From the human T2T-CHM13v2.0 reference genome, Homo sapiens: a DNA stretch of 64,000 bases. The stretch lies in the NCBI RefSeq assembly GCF_009914755.1, contig NC_060944.1. The stretch is one strand, 5' to 3'. The stretch's first letter is position 1. The number at the start of each line of letters is the position of its first letter. Shown one piece after another: positions 41,429 to 53,451 of the stretch. The notes under the pieces were generated by a model. It was given only the letters and a program-made list of their open reading frames with translations. It was not told where the DNA came from and ran no database searches. The position numbers and the translations under genes are program-made.

Positions 41429-43207
41429 TATGCACATTTGGCCATAAAAAAGGATAAAATCGTGTCACTTGTGACAACATGAATGATCATAGAGGACATT
41501 GTGGTAAGTGAAATAAGCTAACCACGGTAAGACAAATATCACATGATCTCATTCATATGTGAAATCTAAAAACACTGATCTAATAGAGAGTGGAAGAGTG
41601 GTTACCAGACTGGGAAAGATAGGGAGGAGAGGTTTTAACAATGTGTCAGATATCAAAATACCACATTGTACCCCATCAACATGTGAAATTATCATGTAAC
41701 CACTTAATAAAAGAAAAGAAAAAAGAAAATGGAAGAGTCAAGATACTGGGGCACTGGAAGAGATAGAAGAGAAGGTGAATTGGCAGTAAGGAAGAGAGAG
41801 TCTGAAAGAGCATGTCACAGAGTGGAACATAAAAGTTTATAACATTAGAAATCAATTTTTAAGTTATTGAAAAGTTAAGTTTATAGCCATGAAAGTGAGT
41901 AGCTCAATTGAAGTGAAAGTAAAAGTCAATGAAAGATTAAATTAGAAAATATATTGCTTGGCATTCAGTAGTTACTTCAGAAATATTAATAAATCTTAAG
42001 AAAATTAAGAACACCAAAGCATTCATAGTGGACCATTATCATAATATGAATCTATGAGGTAATATTTTATTCTTTCCAGTGAAGGGAGTAATTCAACAGT
42101 CTTGATTATAGGTTAGAAAATGATTTCTCCAGGTGTGACCCACTGACCACATTCATTGTATTTGAATTGCTTGAGCAATTTGTTTCAGGAGAAAATGGAG
42201 AGATTTTAAGATGGACCAACGAAATTACCACTGAGTGTCTTTAATGGAAACCTCAGCCTTGTCTAGAATAACCTGGGTTATCTGTTTCTATAGGGTCTCT
42301 GTGTCTTTTGTTTTCCTTGTTATTTGCAATTCTGTTAGTTGTAGATTACTGATAGTAATGCAAATATTCTTGACTATAGACAGGCAAATGATTGATTTTG
42401 GTGGAAGTATAATTAATTTTCCTTTTTCCACCTTCCATCAAGAAGTCAGTTTTGAACCTATCAAGCAGATTTATTTCAGTGTTCCTTAGTGCCTAGATAT
42501 GTGTGGCTCTTTTAATTTTCCATAAAGCTCAGTATAACATCTTACTGGCTCCCTAATTAAATAAATGAGTTAAACAAAAATCTTAGACAAGTGTTCATTT
42601 TATATTTGTAAGTTATAATTTACCCTATTTTAAGCAATTTTCCTTTATCATTCCTAAAAATACAGATTCCTATGCCCCATGCTTGACCTATTGAATCAAA
42701 ATCTCAGGCCTAAGGCAGAAGAATTTGCATTGTTAGTAGGCTTTACAAATGATTTTTAGGCATACTAAATTGTATTAACCATTACCATTCTAATTCTTTA
42801 AACTTGAATTATTGTATTTATGATTCCATCTTCATCAAAGTAAACTTTTGGTTAGCAAAAAGGGTAGAAAGCCCCTTATTCAATCAGATTGGGACCAGTA
42901 ATAAACAGATTAATCACAAATTTAAGTTAGATGGAGGAATCATAAGAAGTATTAGATGTAAGTCCTTAAAACTTAACTTTAATTTAAAAGACATGTGTAA
43001 ATAAATTTGCCAGAATTTTGATGACAAGGTCAAAGCTTTGCACGGATTCAGAGTGGAGTTTCTTGTGGAAACTACGCCAATGATATGTTGTCATTGATTT
43101 CTTGTTCACTTTCTGTGAAGACAACTGGGGTAAAGCAATCTGAAATCCTAGATTACACAATTTTTCCCATTTGTTTCTAGTTGTCTTGCCAAGAACAGTT
43201 AAGCTGA

Positions 43208-43597
<390 letters not shown>

Positions 43598-43884
43598 ACA
43601 TAATATCTAATTAAATCACATAACTACAAGAACAAGAACAAATGGTGTAAACATATTTAGGAATGAACACAACTTCCTCTTAGAAACTATACAATTTCTG
43701 TGATGGAAGGAGAAATGTACAGGCATTAAAAGTAGCTCAAAGGTTTTCAGTTTGCAGTGGACATCAGTCAATAAGTTGTACAGGGGTAGCAGAAAGTGCT
43801 GATTGCAAATCAGTTAAGTGGAAGTCAGTTAAGGCAGCATCCACTGTATCTTAATTTGTGAAGTGAATGTTCTAAAACTGGGTT

Positions 43885-44050
43885 CACTTTTGCTATAAAG
43901 GACCAGATGATAAATATTTTAGGCTTTGCAAACCATACGGTCTCTATAGCAACCATTCAACTATACCATTGTAGCAGGAAAGCACCACAGATCCATGGAT
44001 GTGCTCCAACAAAACTTTATTAAAACAGGCAGCTGGTCTGAGGGCCATGT
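43885..44050. mobile_element. MER58A-like DNA transposon
   Basis: taaaggaccagatgataaatattttaggctttgcaaaccatacggtctct...ccaacaaaactttatt. Confidence 0.75.
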
Positions 44051-45337
44051 ATATATCTTCCTGTTTTCATACAATTTTCTAAGTTAGTAGTTCCCTGTCT
44101 TTTTAACAATCAAGGATTAATTTTAATCCTCTCCTCTGATTTTATGTTTCAAAAGCCTTAAGAAAAACCCACAAAATATATTTATTTTGTAATTTTGGGG
44201 GGGTTCTTATTTTACTAATAAGTAATCAATGATATATAAAGGATACCCACTAGGTCAGTATGAAATAATCAACATTATTAACTCTAATGAGTTAGTTCTG
44301 GATAGAAATAAAAAGTATTTAACTATATATATATAACTTAAAACCTGTATAGCTTTTTCTGGTGTAAATATATAACTTTTTTGAGATTTTTCAAGTATTA
44401 AGTACAACTTTTGGGAATCCTCACACCTGGCTCCCTATGATGACATTCAAGAATTCCTTAGGATTCTGGGAATCTTAGAATGAAAGTCACTGCTCTGTAG
44501 GAATGAATGAATGAATAAGAAAGGGAAGGAAGAAGAAAGAGCATGTTTACTAAATGTAAATTAATCATCAAGGAACGCTTATTTTATTAATAAATTTGTC
44601 AACTTTGGGTTGCCAAATCTAACAAGATACCAACATGGCATTCATGGTGATCACACCTCTAGTCAAATTTTATTTTAGTTCATTGACTATAGATTAATAT
44701 CCTGAAATACTCAAAAATTCTGTCCTAATTCTGTGAATAATTCACTTATTAATCACCCTATACACTACTTAATGAATGGAATGGTGCTTGGAATAAAGAT
44801 AATTACAGGGCTAAAAGGGTTTTCTCTAGAGGCAGGTTATAGGATTTTGATGTCTGACTGGAATAAAACAAAATTAATCAATATTTTCTGCAACCGGTGG
44901 CTTTTGAATTAGTCGTCTATTAATATCTATCAATCACTATAACCTCATTCCTATTTCCTCCATTCTTCTTTTTGTTATCATAAAAACTTGTCCACTTTTT
45001 TCCTGTTAGATCTATATGTTTCTCCTCTTTTCTTTTCATCCAAACAACTGGACATCAACTTAGTACAGATAGTGCAATTGATCTGAACCCTACAGAACTC
45101 ACTGTTCCCATTTACATAACTTACATAACTGTCAAGCTGAAATCACTCTCAAAATTTTTTTAATTCAAAATTTTAATTTCATTTAATCATATTTATTTAT
45201 TCATTAGTTAATTTATTTTGAAGATAATTTTAACTTGTATTTTACATTCAGGGGTATATGTGCCAGTTTGTTACATGGGTGTATCTCATAATGCTGACTT
45301 TTGGGGTATGAATGACTCCATCATCCAGATGCTGATT

Positions 45338-45719
45338 TGGTATGTTTTGACTCTGTGTCCCCACCCAAATCTCATGTTGAATTGTAATTCCCAATGCAGG
45401 GGGAATGACCTGGTGGGAGGTGATTAGCTCATGAGGGCAGATTTTCCCCTTGCTGTTCTTAGATGGTAAGTGAGTTCTCATGAGATCTGATGGTTTAAAC
45501 ATATGGAACATCCCCCCTGGCTCACTTGGTCTCCTGCCGCCATGGTAGAATGTGCCTTGCTTCCCCCTTCACCTTCTGCCATGATTATAAGTTTCCTGAA
45601 GCCTCCCAGCCATGCTTCCTGTACAGCCTGTGGAACTGTGAGTCAGTTAAACCTCTTTTCTTTATAAATTACCCAGTCTCGGGTAGTTCTATACAACAGT
45701 GTGAGAACAGATTAATACA
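45338..45719 (+). mobile_element. MSTA/THE1-type solo LTR
   Basis: tgtgtccccacccaaatctcatg...taaattacccagtctc...aataca. Confidence 0.88.
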
Positions 45720-45977
45720 TGAGCATAGTACCCAATAGTTAGTTCATCAAACCATGCCTTCCTCCTTCTCCCCTCTAGTAGTCCCGATGTTTATTCTTTC
45801 CATTTTTATGTCCGTAAGTACCCAGTGTTTAGCTCCCACTTATAAGTGAGATCATGTGGTATTTCGATTTGTATTCCTGCATTAATTTACTTAGGATAAT
45901 GGCCTTCAGCTACATCCATGTTGCTTCAAAGGACATGATTTTGTTATTTTTATGGCTGCATAGTATTCCATGGTGTG

Positions 45978-46387
45978 TGAAATGGTTTGGAAGGTGGCCC
46001 CTATAAATCTGATGGTGAAATGTAATCCTCAGTGTTGGAGGTGGGGCCTGGTAGGAGGTGTTTGGGTCATGGGGTTGGATCTCTCATGGCCTGATACCAT
46101 CCTTGTGATAGCGAATTCTTTCAAGATCTGGTTTTGTAAGGGTGTGTGGTACTTAACCCCACTCCCATTCTCTCTTGCTCCTGCTCTGGCCATGTGATGT
46201 GCCTACTCCCTCTTTGCCTTCCATCATGAGTAAAAGCTCCCTGGAGACTCCATAAGCTCCATGCAGATGCCGTCACCATGCTTCCTGTACAGCCTGCAGA
46301 GCTAAGAGCCAATTAAATCTCTTTTCTTATAAATTACCCAGTCTCAGGTATTTCTTCATAGCAATGCAAGAATGGCCTAATAATACT
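45978..46387 (+). mobile_element. MSTB-type solo LTR
   Basis: MaLR LTR sequence with TSD gtgtg (45973-45977 / 46388-46392). Confidence 0.85.
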
Positions 46388-48993
46388 GTGTGGATGTACC
46401 ACATTTTATTGATCCAATCCACTGTTGATGGACACCTAGGCTGACTCCATGTCTTTGCTATTGTGAATAGTGCTGTGATGAACATGCAAGTGCATATGTC
46501 TTTTTGGTAGAATAACTGACTTTCTTTGGGTCATATACCAGTAATGCAATTGTTGGCTTGAAAGGTAATTCTATTTTAAATTCTTTGAGAAATTTCCAAA
46601 CTGCTTTCAACAGTGGCTGAACTAATTTACATTCACACCAATTATGTATTAATGTTCCCTTTTCTCCACAGCGTCCCAAGATCTGTTGTTTTTTGATTTT
46701 TTAATAGTAGCTATTCTGACTGGTGTAGGATAGTATCTCGTTTTGGTTTTGATTTGCATTTCTCTCATGATTAGTGATGTTAAGCCTAATCATTGCCACC
46801 AGAAAACTGGGAGAATACAGTGTTGCTTGTCAAAATAAATTGTTTTACTTTGCTTTAAAAATAATCAATTGAGTAGTATATTTCTTCCAGCAAAATTAAG
46901 AAGTAAACATTTAGAAATGTATAGTACCTTGCTGTTAAGTCTTCACACAAGTATACCAATCGAACATAAAGGCCATCTTAAACTTTCATTTGAAATGAAA
47001 GACAATTTTTAAGAGGTTAAGGGCTAGTAATTTATTAAAGTCCTGAAGTTAAATTAGCTCAAGTAAATACAAAGACTTTCCTTTAATTAAAGCCTTTTAA
47101 ATGAACACTTTAAAGCATAGTTGGTTTCTCCCTCAAATCTTGTCCAAAGCCACTGTTAACAACTCAGTATATCAAAGAAGGTTTCAGACATGATTATGAA
47201 GCTCCCTCAACTTATAATGTGCTATTTGCAACCTTAGATGGCTATCATTCTGGCTTTTCTACCTTTTAGCAACAATAAGCACACCCTTCCCATTTCTCCC
47301 CCACCCTGACTTACCCCTCTTTGCATTTAATATATAATTTTTTGCAGAGTGTTCTTACACATCTTTAACTGTAAATATGACAAAAGCACACCATATAGTA
47401 CATGTGCCACACGTATAAATGTTGTATCTAGTCATACAATTTTCCTTTTAAAGAAGGAATATTTTATTTTCAAAAAGCAAAGACTCTAGGAATCTTTTCT
47501 AGCTGCCAGTCATAAAAACATAAATTCCTGGTTAGATTCCAAAATTTGCCTGACCATAAGAACCACTTGTGGTACTTGTCAAACACATGTATTCTGAGTC
47601 CCATCCGTGATCTTCTGAATCAGAATCAGCAGGTGAGAGGCCTGGGAATACACATTTTAAACAAACGTCCACAGTGATTACAATTAGTCAAGCTTGAAAA
47701 AAATTTCACTAGGATCTTTATGACTGAATAACCTCACAAACATAGGAAAGTTACTGGAGAAAAATATGAGCAGAATTTCAGAATTCTGCCTTTGCTGAAA
47801 GTGTTTGTTCCCTCCTCCTCTACTCATCAAGACCTGACTGCTTATGTAACTCCCCCAAACCATCAACACCTGGGAGGAGTTGAAAATGATTTTAATGAAG
47901 AAGAAAAGCTGATGTTTAATTTCAAAACTGACGGTGACAATAAAAGGGAGAGACATGAATTTATCTTGATTCTAACACAAAGCATTGTATTTGAGTCTAC
48001 AAACGAAATTGGTTTCATTTTTATTTTTTGTAAGTTTTTGCCAAACTCTATGCATATATAGAGGCTGCGCAAGAAAGAAAGAAATCCAGAAATATGGCAT
48101 AAGCCATCCCTTATTTATTTCCCCATGCGACCAGCCAACAGCTTCTTCACCTAGTCCCTGCTTCAAGCTGACTTTCTGTCTACTTCTCTATCGGAAATGG
48201 AGCTTCCCTAAAGACTGCCTCAATGTCAGTTACCCACCGGCCTTTTTTCCATCTTGTGCTCCTAAACTTCTATGATATTAAATGATATTACCCTTTCTAG
48301 AAATTCTCCTTAGCTTTGATTTTATACTTTTACTCTAACTCTGTTTCACTCCTTCTTTTATAGCCTTTCTTTTCTCTATCCCTTTACTGCAGACATGTTG
48401 TACGGCTTTGTTCTTGACCTTCTGATCTCTCCATATTCATTCCCTCAGAGCAAGTATCCATTTTCTTGGTGTCGGCCTTCCTGACTATCTGATTATTACC
48501 ATCATATAACGATGTTGGTGATGAGCATAGCTAACATATCCTAGGCATTTTCCATGTAGGTTATAATAAGCACCCTATATAATTCTTACCATTTAATTCT
48601 TCCACCCTAAATGGTACTATTACTAACCACATTGTATGAGGTGAGGAAACTGAGATTTTCATCAAAACCGCGGAAAGCAAACGTGAGGAGCCCCTGTGTG
48701 TCTCCTTTGTTAATGCCTCTGGACATCATGGCATGTGGATTGCCCTGGAATGGGGATTAGGAAGTGCAGCACTGTGATAACACCAGTAAATATGTTATGA
48801 TAGCGGGTAAGGCCGCTCATCTCTGCACATTGAGATGGTTTTGTTTCTGAGTCAGGTTTGAGATGAGCCAATCCTGACTCCATGGTACCACCAGGGATCA
48901 CGAATTTAATAAGATCTTCGTGGATGCTTGGAACCCAACTGGTCTCTGTTTTCTACTTTAGGGAAAGAGCCACAGCTTGAGTGGAGTGGGGTG

Positions 48994-49066
48994 GTTTTGG
49001 TGTCACATACGCGATCAATAATACCCACCGTTTTGGTGTCACATACGCGATGAATAATACCCACCG
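48994..49066. repeat. 36-bp tandem duplication (2 copies, 1 mismatch)
   Basis: gttttggtgtcacatacgcgat[c/g]aataatacccacc x2. Confidence 0.95.
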
Positions 49067-49379
49067 CTGCAGAGGAATCACCGTGGACTACTCCTCGTTT
49101 CATCCCATGCTCTTGCGATGGATCCCTCTCACCTGTTTACTGATTTCATTCAAATTCTTCAGCGAAAACAGGACCCCGACTTGCCTTCTCTATCCTGGTT
49201 CCCATCACTCTGCTTTACAGGCCTGGCCTGCTTGCGGCTCCCTCCACGCCTCCGCCCTGTTTCCTCCATCAGACAGGACTAGCTTCCTCTATCTCTATCG
49301 GGCAAAAGCCTGCCCAGCGTTCAAGACCCTCCACAGATGCCGCCTCCACGATTAGCCTTCTTCCTGACCCCTGAGCTTG

Positions 49380-50380
49380 TAACACGCGCCACCATAACTC
49401 TCCACCTCAGCCCACATTCCCACAGCACTCGCGACGTCCGCGGCCCTCAACATGGTGCTTCATTCTATTTTAGGGTATTTCCTGCTTGTTTCCTACACAC
49501 ACAGTCGCACGAGGCACAGCCCCGAGTGACCCGCGCACGAGTGGCCCGCGCTTCCAGCCGCGCCGCCGCAGGCCAACGAAGGCAGCCTAAGCCGCTTCCC
49601 GCCCCCGCGGGGACCGTCGCCAGCCCGCAGCTCTAGCGGTAGGCCGTTTCACAGCGCGCCCGGCAGCCCCGCCACCGCCAGTACCGGCGCCTCGGGCGGA
49701 CTTTACTCCCCTCGGGGAGGCACGAATCCTCAGGGGCTCCTCGAGAGGGAGCCAGGGAGCAGCTGCCTGCGGCACCTTTCGGCCCTCTGAGGCCGCCGTA
49801 GCTCCCCAGCAGAAACTCGGAAGTGGAAATCTCAGCCATTCAGCGTTTGGGTCAAGATGAAGGCGGGTTCTGGACAGACGTACCCAGTCAGGGAATGTTT
49901 ACTTTGCCTCCACTTCTGTTCCTCCCCGCCCTGGTGCTGCTCCGGGTCACATACTCGTCCTGAGCCGGCTTCAGCCTCTCCGCGCAGAAGTCTCCCGGAG
50001 CCGACTTCTGAGAGTCGAGTACTCCTATGTGAAGACTACCAAGCTCGTGTTCAAGGGAACCAAGGCGAAGAGGTGGGTCCTGCAGCTCTGGCGGGAGCCT
50101 TCTCAGTTCTTTTCGGACGCACTCCACCCCCGCGAATCCGGTGGAAGTCGTGCCGCGGAGAGCTGGCTTTGTGGCATCCCAGGCTTCGCCCTGGCGCCTG
50201 TCCGGGCTGGATGGAGGCCAGATAGCGGTTCCTGGCGCCTGTGCAGAGAGGGGCAGCCTCCCGCGCGGACGACCCTGGAAACAGGATAGACGGGCGGGTG
50301 ACCCGTGGCCCCGTACCCACGAGTTTGGGTCCCCTGAGGCATCTCTCCAGGCCTCTGCCTGGTGGGTCTGCGTTAGTCTG
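49380..50380. promoter_or_regulatory. CpG-island promoter of the FRG1 paralog (probably bidirectional in origin)
   Basis: Dense CpG/GC. ETS motif CGGAAGTG at 49818-49825 near the expected TSS. GC-box-like cccgcccc at ~49598. YY1-like AACATGGtG at ~49449. Confidence 0.85.
49815..50072 (+). pseudogene. FRG1: FRG1 paralog exon 1 (start codon destroyed; 5' end approximate)
   Basis: 50017-50072 encodes EYSYVKTTKLVFKGTKAK(S) versus FRG1 MAEYSYVKSTKLVLKGTKTKS. Donor AG|GTGGGT. No in-frame ATG back to TGA at 49858-49860. Confidence 0.93.
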
Positions 50381-52219
50381 ATCTTGTAGCTCATGATGAT
50401 AACTTCCTTTATTAGGGATTATTCTTTTCTCCATTGTCTCTTCCTGGAAAAGTTATTGATTAATTTTTTCTAAGCTAATATGTAGAGTGAAATCAGGATG
50501 AATCACACAGTGGTTGAGGTGTATATGGGCTTTGATAGGGATATGGGTTGGAACCTGCACTCTGTCATTTACTAATTTTGTAATTTGTGGCAAATTGGTT
50601 AATATGTCTGAACTTCCATTTACTCATTAAGAGATCAAATATCTTTGAACCTCCGTTTACACATTTATACTTTCAGACCATTTTTTATACCTTTAGAATA
50701 CTGTGAGGATTAAATGAGAGAACATATATGCAGTAAATAAATTGAGCCAAATGTCAGGAGGAGGTCGTAGTGGTAATTTATTAGCTCTTTAGGAGAAAAA
50801 TACCTGTGCACTCATATCCCCGCTTCTTTTTTAACTGGCAGATTTGCCCGAGGTTGACTGTACATACAAATATTGAGCATTTCCTCCTGGTCTCCGTGAT
50901 AAACAGAGGTTTTGATATTTTTAGGCGAGATGGAAAGAAAGTATCAAGGAGTGAGCTGAAGCCACTGCCCTTGAGAACCCTCTCGAGGAGTCTGGGCTCA
51001 TGAGGATGCCAGAATAAGTGGCAGGTATATCCTGAATGAATGTGAGATTTTTACTCTGTGAATTTCCTGTGAGGAGTGGTGAGTTATCTTCTGAAAACTT
51101 TATGATGATAATGCAGACAAGAGTGTCTTAAGATTATCGTAATAATCATAATTAATGCTTGTATAGCACTTTCAGTGTGCCAAGAAATATTTGTAGGCAC
51201 TTTGCACATTAACTTTTTTCAAGTCGCTCTTGGTTTTTTATTTTTTTATTACGATGTAATTCATAATTATAAAATTCACCCTTTTGTACAGTGGTTTTTA
51301 GTATATATTCAAGAGGTTCACCACTGTCTAGTTTCTCAGTGTTTTCGTCATCTCAGAAGGAAATCTCTTCCTACCCATTAGAGCAGTCACATCCCATCCT
51401 CCCCCTCTCCTAGTCCTTGGCAACCACTAGTCTGCTATCTATGTGAAATTGCCTATTCTGAATATTTCCTAAGAAATCATGCAACATGTGGCCTTTTGTA
51501 TCTGGCTTCTTTCACTTATAACATTCTTGAGGTCCATCATTGTTGTAGCACTTGTTCCTTTTTATGGCTGCGTAGTATTCCATTGTATGGATGTAACATT
51601 TTGTTCATCCATTCATCAGTTGATGAACATTTAGGTTGTTTCCCCTTTTTGACTATTGTGACTAATGCTAGTGTGAATATTCTTATGTAAGTATTTTTGT
51701 GGGAGTAAGTTTTCATTTCCCTTGGGTATACATACTTAGGAGTAAAATTGCTGGGTCATATGGTAACTCTTTAACTTTTTGAGGAACGCCAAACTGTTTC
51801 CTGTAGATGCTGCACCATTTTACATTTCCACCAGCAATGTGTGAAGATACATATTACCTCTTAATCCTCACAATAGCCTTAAGAGTTAAGTTATTATCCT
51901 AACTTTTTAAGTGGGGAAACTGACTCACAGAGAGATTCAGTACTTTTTCCAAAAATTGCAGAGCTAAGAAGTGACAGAATCAGGATTTAAAATCTGGAAG
52001 TGTGGCTCTACAATCTGCTTTGAACTTTAACATAATATGTACAAAGCCTGAAGCAAATTCTCAGCGCTGTATTTAAGAGAGCATAGCAATGTAAGTCTTC
52101 CTAAATCAATAATTTATAAATGAAACAGCTTAAAAGACTTCCAAGTTTCAATCTTATGATATTTATTTATCACACAAATCAATATACCTAAACTCATCTA
52201 TATAAATTATGTCCTGTAG

Positions 52220-52289
52220 TAAGAAGAAAAAGAACAAAGATAAGAAAAGAAAAAGAGAAGAAGATGAAGAAACCCAGCTTGATATGTTG
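52220..52289 (+). pseudogene. FRG1: FRG1 paralog exon 2 (70 bp, frameshifted)
   Basis: tag|TAAGAAGAAAAAG... encodes KKKKNKDKKRKREEDEETQLD. GATATGTTG replaces GATATTGTTG. Donor GTGAGT. Confidence 0.95.
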
Positions 52290-53032
52290 GTGAGTCAGTT
52301 TTCAATGCTTTATTCTGAAAAAAGTTAACATTTCTTGAGATCTCATTGAAAATATTTTCCTAGTTAGAAATTTATGATGTATTCATATTTGTCTTAAAGT
52401 GCTTAAATATTACCTACAGTTGCAAATTCCATTTATTCTTTAGCACAGTAGATGCTACTGATGCCTTTACTTCATTATCAGAACAGAGCACAGGAGAGAA
52501 GAATTAAAACTCTCTGACTTAGTAGGCACCATTAGACTGCTTAATAGCCGGAGATTCTGATACATAATTTTAAAGGCTTAATGTAAATGTTATTCAACCA
52601 AATATATTTTACAAGTTATTTTCTTTGAACATGTATACATTTTAGTTGTAGAAGTCAGTTGTCTCTTAAACGAAGTATCTTCACAGGAAAAATCATTATT
52701 TTGTGAACTCTGAAATGAATGAAAATTTTAAATACAATATCAGGGTAGCCTGTAAATGATACTGGAAATAAATTGACCCAAACACACTTAACCAGCCTGT
52801 TTTCCATTTAGCTGTTTCCATACTTTTTTTTCTCTTTTAAAACTTGGTAAGTTGCATTTTGAATCTTCATAAATTATGGTAGCTTAAAAAATATATAAAA
52901 TATGGAATGGTATAAAGCTAATATTCTGGAAGAATCATTGTTTTTGAAATGGCAAATCAACAATTCTAAAATTAGGGTAAATATCTAGGGTAGATATGTA
53001 GATGTGGAATTGCTGTGTCAAAGGATAGGTGA

Positions 53033-53451
<419 letters not shown>

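Larger units (their letters stand above)
35050..41729 (+). mobile_element. Near full-length old L1 (L1MA-type), degenerate, with nested Alu and MaLR LTR
   Basis: ORF1 coiled-coil remnant (NQMEILEVESSVNKLKNALEGIKSRTDQVEE), ORF2 start region tcaataattaccttgaatgtaaatag at ~37280, ORF2 C-terminal remnant (SLIIRETQVKSTVRYHLT), 3' UTR and A-rich tail ending ~41729. Confidence 0.9.
45205..46785 (-). mobile_element. L1PB-like 3' end interrupted by two MaLR LTRs
   Basis: gtacccagtgtttagctcccacttataagtgag is the L1 3' UTR antisense; minus-strand ORF2 C-terminal remnant (CKLVQPLLKAVWKFLKE). Confidence 0.85.

Noticed and set aside
47684-48275. Cluster of overlapping 64-96 aa ORFs in non-repeat sequence
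   Set aside because: No recognisable homology or convincing exon structure.
48994-49066. 36-bp repeat as a CRISPR-like array
   Set aside because: Two abutting copies with no spacer, in human DNA.
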